A stretch of DNA of 64,000 nt, from assembly GCA_028823885.1 (NCBI GenBank), contig JAPPFK010000140.1:394-64393 (forward strand), read 5' to 3'. Both the position numbers and the translations under genes were made by a program. Positions 54,608 to 64,000 of this stretch are shown piece after piece (within the stretch, counting starts at the first letter, position 1; each line of letters begins with the position of its first letter). The stretch comes from Rhodospirillales bacterium (lineage in GTDB: Bacteria; Pseudomonadota; Alphaproteobacteria; Rhodospirillales; UBA2165). The notes under the pieces were generated by a model. It was not told the origin of the DNA. It did not search any database and saw nothing but the letters and a program-made list of their open reading frames with translations.

Positions 54608-56977
54608 ATGAAACGAGTTCTGAAATATGCGGCTTACCTGCTGGCGTTGGTGGTGGTGATCGCCGCCGGCGGCATCCTGTGGCTGCGGACCTCCCTCCCC
54701 CCGGCGGAGCGCGCGGTCTCCGACCCGCTGCTTCGGGGAACGGTCGAGGTATTGTTCGACGAAAAGGATGTCCCTTACATCTTCGCGGAAAATCGCCGGG
54801 ACGCCGCGTTTGCCTTGGGCTTCGCCCATGCGGAGAACCGGCTTTGGCAGATGGAATCCCAGCGCCGGCTGGCGGCGGGACGGCTCTCGGAAGTCCTGGG
54901 CGCCCGCACGGTTCGCATCGACCGTTTCATGCGGACCTTGGGTCTTTACCGATCCGCCGAGGCTTCGTTCGCCGGGCTCGAACCCGCAACCAAGGCCACG
55001 TTCGAAGCCTACGCCGCGGGTGTGAACCGCTGGCTCGAAACCCGCTCGGGCGCCCTGCCGCCCGAGTTCGTGGCTTTGCGTCATGAGCCCGAGAGTTGGC
55101 GGCCCGCGGACTCGCTGGTATGGGGCAAACTGATGGCCCTCAGGCTCAGCGGCAACTTCCAGGACGAACTGCAGCGGCTGCGGGCGATGAATGCCGGCCA
55201 TGACCTGGAGCGCCTGAAGGAATTATGGCCGGACTATCCGGGCGACGGGCCGGTCACCGGCTGGGGACGGCGGGCGGAAGCGGACCCCGGTTACATCGGT
55301 CGTCTGACGGCATCGACGGCCGATGCCGTCCCGCGTTTCCGCGGCGCGTCGAATTCCTGGGCGATCGGCGGCGCCCGGACCCGAAGCGGCAAGCCGCTGC
55401 TGGCGAACGATCCCCACCTCGGGTTCGGCGCGCCGATATTGTGGTATCTCGCCAAGATCGTCACGCCCGAGGGGAAATTGACCGGGGCGACGGTTCCGGG
55501 CGTGCCGCTGCATGTTCTGGGTCATACCGACGGTCTCGCCTGGGGCCTGACGACGACCCAGACCGATCTCCAGGACCTTTTCGTGGAGACCCTCGATCCC
55601 GGGCGGCCCGATCATTACCTCACCCCGGACGGCCCTCGTCCGTTCGAAACCCGGGTCGAAACATTGGAAGTGCGCGGCGGCGAGCCCGTGACCTTCACGG
55701 TTCGCTCGACCCATCGCGGGCCGGTCATCTCGGATCTGGAGCCCGGCGAAAATCTGACCGTTTCCCTGCAGGCCGTGTTCCTGCGCGGGGCCGATACGAC
55801 GGCCCAGTCCGTTCTCAAACTCAATCGCGCGCAAAATGCGGGGGAGCTGCGGGCCGCCCTCAGGGATTTCAAGGCGCCTCAGCAGAACGTCATTTACGCC
55901 GACACCGGCGGCGTATTCGGTTTCATTTCAGCCGGCACCGTGCCGATCCGCAAATCCGGGCGCGGATTCGTTCCCGCAGACGGCGCCTCCGGCGAGGCGG
56001 ACTGGACGGGCGTCATTCCGTTCGACGAACTGCCCCAGTCCGAAAACCCCGCCGAGGGGTTCGTCGCCAACGCCAACAACAAGGTGACGCCGGAGGGCTA
56101 CCCCTACTTCGTGACGGTGGACTGGACGGCGCCCTACCGGGCCCGGCGAATTGTCGAGACCCTGAGAAACCTCGAAAAAGCCACCGCCGGCCGGATGTCC
56201 GGCCTGCAGATGGATTCGGTCTCCCTGGCCGCACGGGATCTCCTTCCCTTGATGCTCGATTTTCAAACCCGGGATGGCGAACTCCAAAAGGTGATGGGCC
56301 TGCTGCGCCGGTGGGACGGCGGCATGAACATCGATCGTCCCGAACCGCTGATTTTCGACCGCTGGCTCCGGTCGTTGAACCGGGAACTGTATGCCGACGA
56401 CTTCGGCGGCGCATTCGGCGAGTTCTGGCGGAGGCGGCCCCTGTTCATCCGGAACGTTCTGACGGGCGTATCGCCCTCGTGGTGCGACGATGTCGCCACC
56501 CGGGCGCCCGAAACCTGCGCCGCGGCGCTGGAGGCCTCGCTCACGGCGGCGCTGGCGGAACTCGCCGAGGCCACCGGCACCTCGAACCCGGCGCGCTGGC
56601 GCTGGGGCGATCACCACGTCGCCCGGTTCCGCCATCAATTTTTCCAGCATGTGCCGGTCGTCCGCATGCTCACCGATCTGAGCACCCCGACATCCGGGGG
56701 AAACTTCACGGTCAACCGGGGGACGACCCGGATGCGCAATCCCCGCGCGCCGCACGACCACATTCACGGCGCGGGATATCGCGGCGTCTATGATCTCGCC
56801 GATCTCTCCCGGTCCCGGTTTGTCATCGCCACGGGGCAGTCGGGAAACCCGTTCTCTCCGCACTATCGCGACTTTCTGCCGCTGTGGGCGTCCGGCGGGC
56901 ACGTGACCCTCGACAAGACCAAACGGCAACTGGAACAATCGGCGGCCCGCCGCCATACTTTCCGGCCTCGGCAATGA
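54608..56977 (+). CDS. Penicillin acylase family (Ntn-hydrolase, S45) with N-terminal membrane anchor
   Basis: GFAHAENRLWQM, beta-chain start GASNSW, LANDPHL, PQQN..YAD, ANAN and GQSGNPFSPHY motifs. Confidence 0.92.
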   Translation: MKRVLKYAAYLLALVVVIAAGGILWLRTSLPPAERAVSDPLLRGTVEVLFDEKDVPYIFAENRRDAAFALGFAHAENRLWQMESQRRLAAGRLSEVLGARTVRIDRFMRTLGLYRSAEASFAGLEPATKATFEAYAAGVNRWLETRSGALPPEFVALRHEPESWRPADSLVWGKLMALRLSGNFQDELQRLRAMNAGHDLERLKELWPDYPGDGPVTGWGRRAEADPGYIGRLTASTADAVPRFRGASNSWAIGGARTRSGKPLLANDPHLGFGAPILWYLAKIVTPEGKLTGATVPGVPLHVLGHTDGLAWGLTTTQTDLQDLFVETLDPGRPDHYLTPDGPRPFETRVETLEVRGGEPVTFTVRSTHRGPVISDLEPGENLTVSLQAVFLRGADTTAQSVLKLNRAQNAGELRAALRDFKAPQQNVIYADTGGVFGFISAGTVPIRKSGRGFVPADGASGEADWTGVIPFDELPQSENPAEGFVANANNKVTPEGYPYFVTVDWTAPYRARRIVETLRNLEKATAGRMSGLQMDSVSLAARDLLPLMLDFQTRDGELQKVMGLLRRWDGGMNIDRPEPLIFDRWLRSLNRELYADDFGGAFGEFWRRRPLFIRNVLTGVSPSWCDDVATRAPETCAAALEASLTAALAELAEATGTSNPARWRWGDHHVARFRHQFFQHVPVVRMLTDLSTPTSGGNFTVNRGTTRMRNPRAPHDHIHGAGYRGVYDLADLSRSRFVIATGQSGNPFSPHYRDFLPLWASGGHVTLDKTKRQLEQSAARRHTFRPRQ

Positions 56978-56993
56978 TTGGAGGCGCGGAACC

Positions 56994-58154
56994 ATGAGCG
57001 GCCCGGACCGGAAGTCATTCGACACGCGGGTAATCCACGCCGGACAGGCGCCGGATGCCGGAACCGGTTCGGTGGTGACGCCCATCTACGCCACCGCGAC
57101 CTTTGCCCAGGAAAGCCCGGGCAAGACCAAGGGCTACGAGTACGCCCGGAGCGCCAACCCGACCCGGGACGCCTACGAGGCCTGCATCGCCGATCTCGAA
57201 AGCGGCGCCCACGGATTTGCCTTCGCGTCGGGGATGGCGGCGACCACGGCGGTCATCGATCTGCTCGATGCCGGCGACCGGGTTCTGGCGCTCCGGGACC
57301 TTTATGGCGGCACGACCCGCCTGTTCGAGCAGGTCCGCAAACGGACGGCGGGGTTGGTTTTCGATTACGCGGACGTCGGCGATGCCGGGGCGCTGGACGG
57401 CGCCATTCATCCGGACACCCGGCTGATCTGGCTGGAAACCCCCAGCAATCCCATGTTGAACCTCGTGGATCTGGCCGCCGTCGCATCGGTTGCGAGGTCA
57501 CGGGGTATCTTGACGGCGGTCGACAATACCTTCGCCACGCCATGGGCGCAGCGGCCCCTGGAACTGGGGATCGACATCGTCGTGCATTCGGCGACGAAGT
57601 ACCTCAACGGCCATTCCGACGTGATCGGCGGTGCCGTCGTGGTTGGCGACGATGACCTCGCGGAGCGCCTGGGTTTTCTCCAGAACGCCACCGGCGGCAT
57701 CGCCGGCCCGTTCGATTCCTTTCTTGTCCTGCGCGGATTGAAGACCCTGTCTGTCCGCATGGAACGTCATTGCGCCAACGCCTTGAAGATCGCCCGGTGG
57801 CTGGAAGACCGCCCGGAATTCAGCCGCGTTCTCTATCCGGGCCTCAGCTCTCATCCCGGCCACGAGATTTGCCGGACACAAATGAACGGGCGCGGCGGCG
57901 GCATGGTGACCGCCGTTCTGGACCGGGATTTGGCGGGGACGGTCCGGTTCCTGGAACGGTGCCGGGTATTTACCCTGGCCGAAAGTCTGGGCGGCGTGGA
58001 GAGTTTGATCGAGCATCCGGCGATCATGACCCATGCCTCGGTTCCCAAGGCGGTTCGCGAAGAGGTCGGTATCGCCGACGGCCTCGTCAGGCTGTCCGTC
58101 GGCATCGAGGACGCCGAGGATTTGATCGCCGATCTGCGGACGGCGTTGGATTGA
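56994..58154 (+). CDS. Cystathionine gamma-synthase/lyase family (MetB/CGL-like)
   Basis: YARSANPT, LETPSNP, HSATKYLNGHSD and LAESLGGVESL motifs. Confidence 0.92.
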   Translation: MSGPDRKSFDTRVIHAGQAPDAGTGSVVTPIYATATFAQESPGKTKGYEYARSANPTRDAYEACIADLESGAHGFAFASGMAATTAVIDLLDAGDRVLALRDLYGGTTRLFEQVRKRTAGLVFDYADVGDAGALDGAIHPDTRLIWLETPSNPMLNLVDLAAVASVARSRGILTAVDNTFATPWAQRPLELGIDIVVHSATKYLNGHSDVIGGAVVVGDDDLAERLGFLQNATGGIAGPFDSFLVLRGLKTLSVRMERHCANALKIARWLEDRPEFSRVLYPGLSSHPGHEICRTQMNGRGGGMVTAVLDRDLAGTVRFLERCRVFTLAESLGGVESLIEHPAIMTHASVPKAVREEVGIADGLVRLSVGIEDAEDLIADLRTALD

Positions 58155-58230
58155 GCCCGCCGATCGAACCGAACCGGAAAGCCCGCCCCGCGTTATCGCC
58201 CGCACCGGCCAAGCAACGAACTATTGAATT

Positions 58231-58737
58231 CTAATCCGATGTCCAGAACCGTTCGAAGCGATCACCCTCCCAATAAAAAATACTGGAGGCTTTCTCGTAG
58301 GTGATGAAATGGACCGCAGGGTTCTCCAACTCCCATCTCAATTTTTGACCGGGACGACAATCGGGACCAACTCCCCTAAGGCAGAGATGGTGATATACGC
58401 CGGGGTCGGCTGGTTGAATGCCGAGGCCCGAAACCGAGGAAACTTCGGTCAACTTGAATGCCCTGGCGTGACCGTGAAGACAGGCGAAGAGCGAAATTCC
58501 GTCGCCGATTCTTGCAAAAAACGCCCGGTCGGGTTCGCCGTCGCCATCGAAATCGGCGGTGACAATGAGGTCCCGTGTCCCTTGGTGCTCGCCGACGGTC
58601 CTCTCCGCCACTGTTTTTGAGAACACCTCCGGGCAGCGCTGGGCCCGCGCCTCATCGCTGTAAACGAAGGCTGCAAAGACCAATGCAAATACTAGAATGA
58701 GTCTAAACACTCGCATCGAAGATGAACGGCCAATCAT
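58231..58737 (-). CDS. Secreted hypothetical protein, tandem paralog B (4 Cys, DFDGDG motif)
   Basis: Signal peptide ending ARA-Q; aligns end to end with the neighbouring ORF. Start is 58737 or 58716. Confidence 0.75.
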   Translation of the reverse strand: MIGRSSSMRVFRLILVFALVFAAFVYSDEARAQRCPEVFSKTVAERTVGEHQGTRDLIVTADFDGDGEPDRAFFARIGDGISLFACLHGHARAFKLTEVSSVSGLGIQPADPGVYHHLCLRGVGPDCRPGQKLRWELENPAVHFITYEKASSIFYWEGDRFERFWTSD

Positions 58738-59157
58738 TACGTTGTCCCCCGCATCGGCCAAGTCACACATTATCGGATTCTACGACAGCCAGAACCTTTC
58801 GAAGCGATCACCCTCCCAATAAATAATACTAGCGGAGCTCTCGTAGTGGAAAAGATGGATCGCAGGGCCATCCACCTCCAATCTCAATTTTTCACCGGGA
58901 CGGCAATCGGGGCCGATTCCCTTGGCGCAGGCGCTGTCATATACGCCGGGATCGGCCAGTCGAATGCCAACACTCGCAATCGAATGAACCCGGGCCGCTT
59001 CGAAGGCCCTGGCTTGGCCGTGAAGACAGATGAAGAGCGAAGTCTTGTCGTCATTTGTTACGAAAAACGCGCGGTCGGGCTTACCGTTGCCATCGAAATC
59101 GGCGGTGACAATGAGGTCCCGTGTCCCTTGGTGCTCGCCGACGGTCCTCTCCGCCAC
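58543..59157. repeat. 69-bp exact direct repeat (58543-58611 and 59089-59157) within the tandem paralogs
   Basis: Base-by-base identity at offset 546. A second 26-bp identical tract lies at 58252-58277 / 58798-58823. Confidence 0.9.
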
Positions 59158-59280
59158 CCTCTTCTGGAACTCCGGGCAACTCTGGGCGTGCGCCTCATGG
59201 CTGTAGCCGATAACCGCAAAGACCAATGCGAACGCCAGAAAGGGTCTGGACACCAGCATCGAAGGAAAGCAACCAATCAT
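58780..59280 (-). CDS. Secreted hypothetical protein, tandem paralog A (4 Cys, DFDGNG motif)
   Basis: Signal peptide ending AHA-Q; aligns with paralog B. Start is 59280 or 59259. Confidence 0.75.
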   Translation of the reverse strand: MIGCFPSMLVSRPFLAFALVFAVIGYSHEAHAQSCPEFQKRVAERTVGEHQGTRDLIVTADFDGNGKPDRAFFVTNDDKTSLFICLHGQARAFEAARVHSIASVGIRLADPGVYDSACAKGIGPDCRPGEKLRLEVDGPAIHLFHYESSASIIYWEGDRFERFWLS

Positions 59281-59487
59281 TTTGGGTCATGCTCCACGCG
59301 GATGTGGTCCGGCTTGTCTTCTATATCGTAATCCGGCCCCAAGGATTCTCGAAGTTCCGAGACTGTCGCGTGCCGCCGGACAAACCGCCGTTGCCGCGCC
59401 TGGGGGGACTGGGCAGTTGCGAGAGGCCTCTTGCCGCGGCCCGTCCAATATGCCTAAGCTGGCCGAAGCCAAAACGGAAGCGGCGCG

Positions 59488-60234
59488 ATGAAACACAACA
59501 TAAACCGTCGGCCCACCGCCTTTTTCATAACCGCCCCCCTTCCCTGCCCCTACATTCCCGGCAACCTCGAACGCAGGATCGTCGCCGAGCTTTCGGGCTC
59601 CACGGCGCCCACGCTTCACGACACCCTGTCCCGGGTCGGGTTTCGCCGCAGCCACGGGCTGGTCTATGCCCCGGTCTGCTCGGGCTGCAACGCCTGTCTC
59701 GCCGTCCGAACCGTCGTTTCGGAATTCGAACCGTCCGCCTCGCAGCGCCGGGTATCCCGGGTGAACGAGGATTTGATCGAAGCGGTAAGGCCGGTCCGGG
59801 CGACCGCCGAGCAATTCGAATTGTTCGCCCAGTATCAGGACTCCCGCCACAACGGCGGCGACATGGCGACAATGGACTTTTACGACTACCAGGCCCTGAT
59901 CGAGGAGACCCCGGTCGATTCCGAGTTGATCGAATACCGTACCCCGGACCGCCGGCTGGTCGGGGCGTGCCTCGCGGACCGCATGGGCGACGGCCTCTCC
60001 GCGGTCTACAGCTATTTCCATCCAGCCGAGCCGCGCCGCAGTCTCGGAACCTACATGATACTGCGGCTCATCGAGCGGTCGCGGGACGCCGGGCTTCCCT
60101 ATGTCTATCTCGGCTATTGGATCGAGGACAGCCAGAAGATGTCCTACAAGGAACGTTTCAGGCCGCTTGAATATTACGCCGGCGATGGCTGGCGTTCGCT
60201 CGACGAGCGGCACGACTTTCCGGCGCTTGGCTAG
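59488..60234 (+). CDS. ate: Arginyl-tRNA--protein transferase family (Ate/Bpt, N-degron pathway)
   Basis: PCPY, GFRRSH, CSGCNAC..VR, LSAVYSYF, SLGTYMIL, YVYLGYWI and KMSYK motifs. Confidence 0.93.
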   Translation: MKHNINRRPTAFFITAPLPCPYIPGNLERRIVAELSGSTAPTLHDTLSRVGFRRSHGLVYAPVCSGCNACLAVRTVVSEFEPSASQRRVSRVNEDLIEAVRPVRATAEQFELFAQYQDSRHNGGDMATMDFYDYQALIEETPVDSELIEYRTPDRRLVGACLADRMGDGLSAVYSYFHPAEPRRSLGTYMILRLIERSRDAGLPYVYLGYWIEDSQKMSYKERFRPLEYYAGDGWRSLDERHDFPALG

Positions 60235-60361
60235 GCCGCGTTCCATTCCGGTTCACGAACATTTCTCATAGTTGCGCGCTACCGGAATGCGCATATACTT
60301 CAAGCAACTACGAGGCTTCACCAAAGGATCAATTTCCAAATGAGAGAAGGGAGACAATCTC

Positions 60362-61465
60362 ATGAAACGCCGTGAATTTATGAAGGGCGCAGCCGTCGCC
60401 GGTGCCGGTGCCGCAGTTGCCGCATCGACGCTGCCGAAACCGGCGATTGCCCAGGGGGCCAAAGAGCTGAAAATGGTCACCACGTGGCCGAAGAACTTTC
60501 CGGGCCTGGGAACCGGCGCGGAGCGGCTGGCGCGCAACATCACCGCGATGAGCGGCGGCTCGCTGACGGTAAAGGTGTTCGCGGCGGGCGAATTGGTGCC
60601 GCCGTTCGAATCCTTCGATGCCGTTTCCAGCGGCACCGCCGACATGTACCACGCCGCCGACTACTATTGGCAGGGCAAGTCCAAGGCCTTCAACTTCTAT
60701 GCGGCGGTTCCGTTCGGGCTCACCGCGACCGAGCAGGCCGCGTGGATCCACCATGGCGGCGGCCAGCAGCTATGGGACGAGTTGAGCAAGGGATTCGGCA
60801 TCAAGCCCTTCATGGCCGGCAACACCGGGGTTCAGATGGGCGGCTGGTTCAACAAGGAAGTCAACTCGCTCGAGGATTACAAGGGCCTGAAGATTCGCAT
60901 GCCGGGCCTGGGCGGCGAAGTCCTGCGCAGGATCGGGGCGGCGGCGGTTTCGCTGCCGGGTGGTGAAATCTTCCCGGCCTTGCAGTCGGGCGCCATCGAC
61001 GCCACCGAATGGGTCGGCCCGTGGAACGATCTGGCCTTCGGTTTCTACAAGGTCACCAAGTTCTACTACTATCCGGGCTTCCATGAGCCGGGCACGACTT
61101 TGAGTTCGGGTGTCAATCTCAAGACATGGGAAGGCCTCAGCGCCGACCACAAGGCGATCATCACCACGGCGATGGCGGCGGAGAACGACCTCAGCCTCTC
61201 CGAGTTCAATGCCCGCAACAACGGCGCGCTGAATACGCTGACCGGCAAGCACAAGGTCACCGTCAAGAAGTTCCCGGACCCGGTCTTGAACGAAATCGGC
61301 AAGGCATCGGGCGAGGTCGTCGGGGGTGTCCGCGCCGAGGGCGGCATCACGGCGAAGGTGCTCGACAGCTTCCTCGATTTCCGCAAACAGTCCATTGCCT
61401 GGTCCAAGCTCTCGGATCAGGCCTACTGGAATGCGCGGCTGCTGCCGTTCAAGTACGCGGGCTAA
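60362..61465 (+). CDS. TRAP substrate-binding protein (DctP, TakP-like) with Tat signal
   Basis: RREFMK Tat motif; MVTTWP, GNTGVQMGGWF, GLKIRMPG and ALQSGAIDATEWVGP motifs. Confidence 0.93.
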   Translation: MKRREFMKGAAVAGAGAAVAASTLPKPAIAQGAKELKMVTTWPKNFPGLGTGAERLARNITAMSGGSLTVKVFAAGELVPPFESFDAVSSGTADMYHAADYYWQGKSKAFNFYAAVPFGLTATEQAAWIHHGGGQQLWDELSKGFGIKPFMAGNTGVQMGGWFNKEVNSLEDYKGLKIRMPGLGGEVLRRIGAAAVSLPGGEIFPALQSGAIDATEWVGPWNDLAFGFYKVTKFYYYPGFHEPGTTLSSGVNLKTWEGLSADHKAIITTAMAAENDLSLSEFNARNNGALNTLTGKHKVTVKKFPDPVLNEIGKASGEVVGGVRAEGGITAKVLDSFLDFRKQSIAWSKLSDQAYWNARLLPFKYAG

Positions 61466-61477
61466 CCGCCTGGACAT

Positions 61478-61508
61478 GATGGCCCGCCCGGATATGAGGC
61501 GGGCCATC
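61478..61508. terminator. Intercistronic hairpin after the TRAP SBP gene
   Basis: GATGGCCCGCC-9 nt-GGCGGGCCATC, an 11-bp stem with no clear U-tract. Confidence 0.55.
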
Positions 61509-61531
61509 GTTCTTTCGAAGGAGGCTGCCGT

Positions 61532-62098
61532 TTGACTTCCCTGCAGCGCCTCGCCCAAGGCATCGACGGCTTCAACGATGTTGTCGGCAAGGCCGCGGCG
61601 TGGACCGCCTTGGCCATGGTGCTGATCCAGTTCATCGTGGTGGTCATGCGGTATGTGTTCGGCCTGGGTTCGATCATGATGCAGGAATCGGTGGTCTACC
61701 TGCATGCCTTCCTGTTCATGGTCGGGGCCGGGTACACGTTGCTTCATGGGGGTCATGTCCGGGTCGACGTCTTCTATCGGGAGGCGTCCGATCGCTGGAA
61801 ATCGTGGATCGATCTTGCCGGCGTCTTCGTGTTTCTCCTGCCGGTCTGCCTGCTGGTCTGGTGGTTTTCGTTTCCCTACGTCGAAAACTCCTGGAAGGTT
61901 TTCGAGGGGTCCAAGGAAACCAGCGGAATCCAAGGCGTCTTCCTTCTCAAGTCCGTCATTCTCGCATTCGCGTTTCTTGTGGCGATCCAGGGAGTGTCGA
62001 TGGCCATCCGGTCGTTCCTCAGGCTGCTCAGGCTCGCCGGCGTCGTAACGCCGGATCCCGGGACCCAAAGACCGGCCGGTCGCCCGGGGTCCCGCTGA
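61532..62098 (+). CDS. TRAP small permease (DctQ-like)
   Basis: TTG start after GGAGG; VVMRYVF, QESV and GHVRVDVFY motifs. Confidence 0.92.
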   Translation: MTSLQRLAQGIDGFNDVVGKAAAWTALAMVLIQFIVVVMRYVFGLGSIMMQESVVYLHAFLFMVGAGYTLLHGGHVRVDVFYREASDRWKSWIDLAGVFVFLLPVCLLVWWFSFPYVENSWKVFEGSKETSGIQGVFLLKSVILAFAFLVAIQGVSMAIRSFLRLLRLAGVVTPDPGTQRPAGRPGSR

Positions 62099-62099
62099 G

Positions 62100-63674
62100 G
62101 TGCCGTTTTCCGAAATCCTGACCATCATCATGTTCGTGGTGGTGTGTCTGTTCCTGATGGCCGGATTTCCGGTCGCGTTCACGCTCGCCGGCACGGCGCT
62201 GATCTTCGCCGGGATCGGATGGATTTTCGGGGTGTTCGATTTCTCCCTCTTCGGCGCCCTGCCGTCGAGGATCTTCGGCGGGGCGATGACCAACGAGCTG
62301 CTGATCGCGGTGCCGCTGTTCGTCTTCATGGGCGTGATGCTGGAGCGCTCCAAGGTGGCCGAGGAATTGCTGGATACCATGGGCCGGCTGTTCGGCACCT
62401 TGCGCGGCGGTCTCGGCATTTCGGTGTCCGTGGTCGGCGCGTTGCTGGCCGCCTCCACCGGCATCGTCGGCGCGACGGTGGTGACCATGGGCCTGCTGTC
62501 CCTGCCGACCATGCTGCGGCGCAAGTACGACCCCTCCCTCGCCTGCGGCTCCATCGCCGCCGCCGGCACGTTGGGACAGATCATCCCGCCGTCCATCGTT
62601 CTCGTCCTGCTGGGCGACCAGATCTCCAATGCCTATGTGGACGCTCAGCGCACGGTCGGGAATTTCTCCCCCGAGCCGGTCTCGGTCGGCGATCTGTTCG
62701 CCGGCGCGCTGCTGCCCGGCCTCGCCCTGGTCGGCATGTACATTCTCTACCAGCTCATCGTCGCGTTTCTGAAGCCGGATGCCTCCCCGGCGATCCCGAA
62801 GGAGGAACTCGATGACGGCGTGCCGCTGTTCGGCCGGGTGATGCGCGCCCTGGTGCCGCCCCTGGTGCTGATCGTCGCGGTGCTGGGCTCGATCCTTGCC
62901 GGCGTCGCGACCCCGACCGAGGCGGCGGCGGTCGGCTCCGTGGGCGCCTTGCTGCTCGCGGCGGTTCGGATTTCCGACAAGAGGCCGACCCCCATCTACC
63001 TGGCGGGGATCGCTCTCATCATCATGCTGTTTCTCACCAACACCATGGATCTCCGGGTGCTGCGGGACGAAATTCCCACCGGCGACATGGCCGCCATCGT
63101 CGCCGCGCTGATCTGTTCGGCGGTTCTCGCCTGGGGGATGGGGGTGGCGCTCATCCGGGTGACCCAGGACGCGGTGCTGACCCAGGTGGTGCGCTCGACC
63201 CTCGAAGTGTCGGCCATGGTCTTCGTCATTCTCATCGGCGCGTCGGTGTTCTCACTGGTCTTCCGCGGCCTCGGGGGCGACGACATGGTGCACGAGTTTC
63301 TCACCAACCTTCCGGGCGGCATCTACGGCGCCATGATCGTGGTCATGCTGGTGATGTTCGTGCTCGGCTTCTTCCTCGACTTCATCGAGATCACCTTCGT
63401 CGTCGTGCCGATCGTCGCGCCGGTGCTGCTGCAGTCGGATATCAGTCCCGTCTGGCTCGGCGTGATGATGGCGATGAACCTGCAGACGTCGTTCCTGACG
63501 CCGCCCTTCGGCTTTGCCTTGTTCTACCTGCGGGGTGTCGCGCCGCCCGAGGTCAAGACGACCCACATCTACAAGGGCGTGCTGCCCTTCGTCGCCATCC
63601 AGTTGATCGGGCTCGGCGTCCTCGCCGCCTTCCCCGGGCTCGCGACGTGGCTGCCCAAGCTGGTTTTCGGCTAG
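62100..63674 (+). CDS. TRAP large permease (DctM-like)
   Basis: GTG start; AVPLFVFMG, GTLGQIIPPSI, TPTEAAAVG and TPPFGFALFY motifs. Confidence 0.94.
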   Translation: MPFSEILTIIMFVVVCLFLMAGFPVAFTLAGTALIFAGIGWIFGVFDFSLFGALPSRIFGGAMTNELLIAVPLFVFMGVMLERSKVAEELLDTMGRLFGTLRGGLGISVSVVGALLAASTGIVGATVVTMGLLSLPTMLRRKYDPSLACGSIAAAGTLGQIIPPSIVLVLLGDQISNAYVDAQRTVGNFSPEPVSVGDLFAGALLPGLALVGMYILYQLIVAFLKPDASPAIPKEELDDGVPLFGRVMRALVPPLVLIVAVLGSILAGVATPTEAAAVGSVGALLLAAVRISDKRPTPIYLAGIALIIMLFLTNTMDLRVLRDEIPTGDMAAIVAALICSAVLAWGMGVALIRVTQDAVLTQVVRSTLEVSAMVFVILIGASVFSLVFRGLGGDDMVHEFLTNLPGGIYGAMIVVMLVMFVLGFFLDFIEITFVVVPIVAPVLLQSDISPVWLGVMMAMNLQTSFLTPPFGFALFYLRGVAPPEVKTTHIYKGVLPFVAIQLIGLGVLAAFPGLATWLPKLVFG

Positions 63675-64000
63675 GCCCTAAATCTTGCGATCAGTTTCCA
63701 CGCGCCCGGCAGCACCGCGGCGGCGAGGGCGATCTTGAACACTTCGCCCCAGAGGAACGGCAGCACGCCGAAGGCCCAGGCCTTCTCCCCGCCGATCAGC
63801 GCCGCGAGCCAGGCGTAGCCGGGCACGAAGATGATCGCCGTGCCGATGACCATGGCCGCAAGGGTCATGGGGATCGAGCGGTCCCAGCCCTTTTCGCCGA
63901 GCCAGCCGGCAATTCCGGCGGCGAGCACGAAGCCGACGAGATAGCCGCCCGTCGGGCCGGCCATGTAGGCGAGGCCGATGCCCTTCTCCGGCGTGCCCGC
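63671..64000 (-). CDS. bioY: BioY family biotin transporter, 5' part outside the window
   Basis: ...GIGLAYMAGPTGGYLVGF...PFLWGEVFK; the frame runs off the right end. Confidence 0.85.
   Translation of the reverse strand, partial: AGTPEKGIGLAYMAGPTGGYLVGFVLAAGIAGWLGEKGWDRSIPMTLAAMVIGTAIIFVPGYAWLAALIGGEKAWAFGVLPFLWGEVFKIALAAAVLPGAWKLIARFRA

Noticed and set aside
58738-58770. N-terminal extension MCDLADAGDNV of paralog B
   Set aside because: Alignment with paralog A begins at ATGATTGG (58737), so the extension is probably untranslated spacer.
58231-59280. CRISPR-like array from the repeated tracts
   Set aside because: There are only two copies at a 546-bp period, both inside paralogous ORFs, and no cas genes.

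Overview
High-GC (about 65%) alphaproteobacterial chromosome segment, Rhodospirillales-like by gene content and order. It appears to span the replication terminus. A 28-bp dif-like site lies at 14217-14244 (minus strand) in an AT-rich island between a phnP-like gene and mazG. All 13 KOPS octamers (GGGNAGGG) I found by eye point towards that interval, and the housekeeping operons on either side converge on it. Most of the window is core genome: ydcF-mltB-rlpA-dacA-tmk-holB-metG-tatD-phnP; mazG; hflX-hfq-HAD-dat-trkA-ntrX-ntrY-ntrC-ntrB-dusB; ispDF; queF; tRNA-Pro-merR(ZapT-like)-ihfA-fabH-plsX-rpmF-yceD; bamE; hppA; thiL-nusB-rib operon-nrdR-glyA; mucR; a Liv-type ABC system; metY-hemB-acylase-metB-like; ate; a TRAP system; bioY. 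The accessory or unexplained parts are a deiodinase-like thioredoxin-fold gene paired with a TauE exporter, a CGTC-type REP dimer with an expanded loop, an orphan ribbon-helix-helix-like gene 2 kb from dif, a probable CTG start for hflX, a 12-bp tandem repeat in tmk, and a lower-GC tandem pair of secreted Cys/DxDxDG proteins sharing a 69-bp identical tract. I saw no integrase, transposase, prophage, CRISPR array or rRNA. No complete novel multi-gene system can be demonstrated from sequence alone. All protein calls come from motif recognition and synteny, not database searches.
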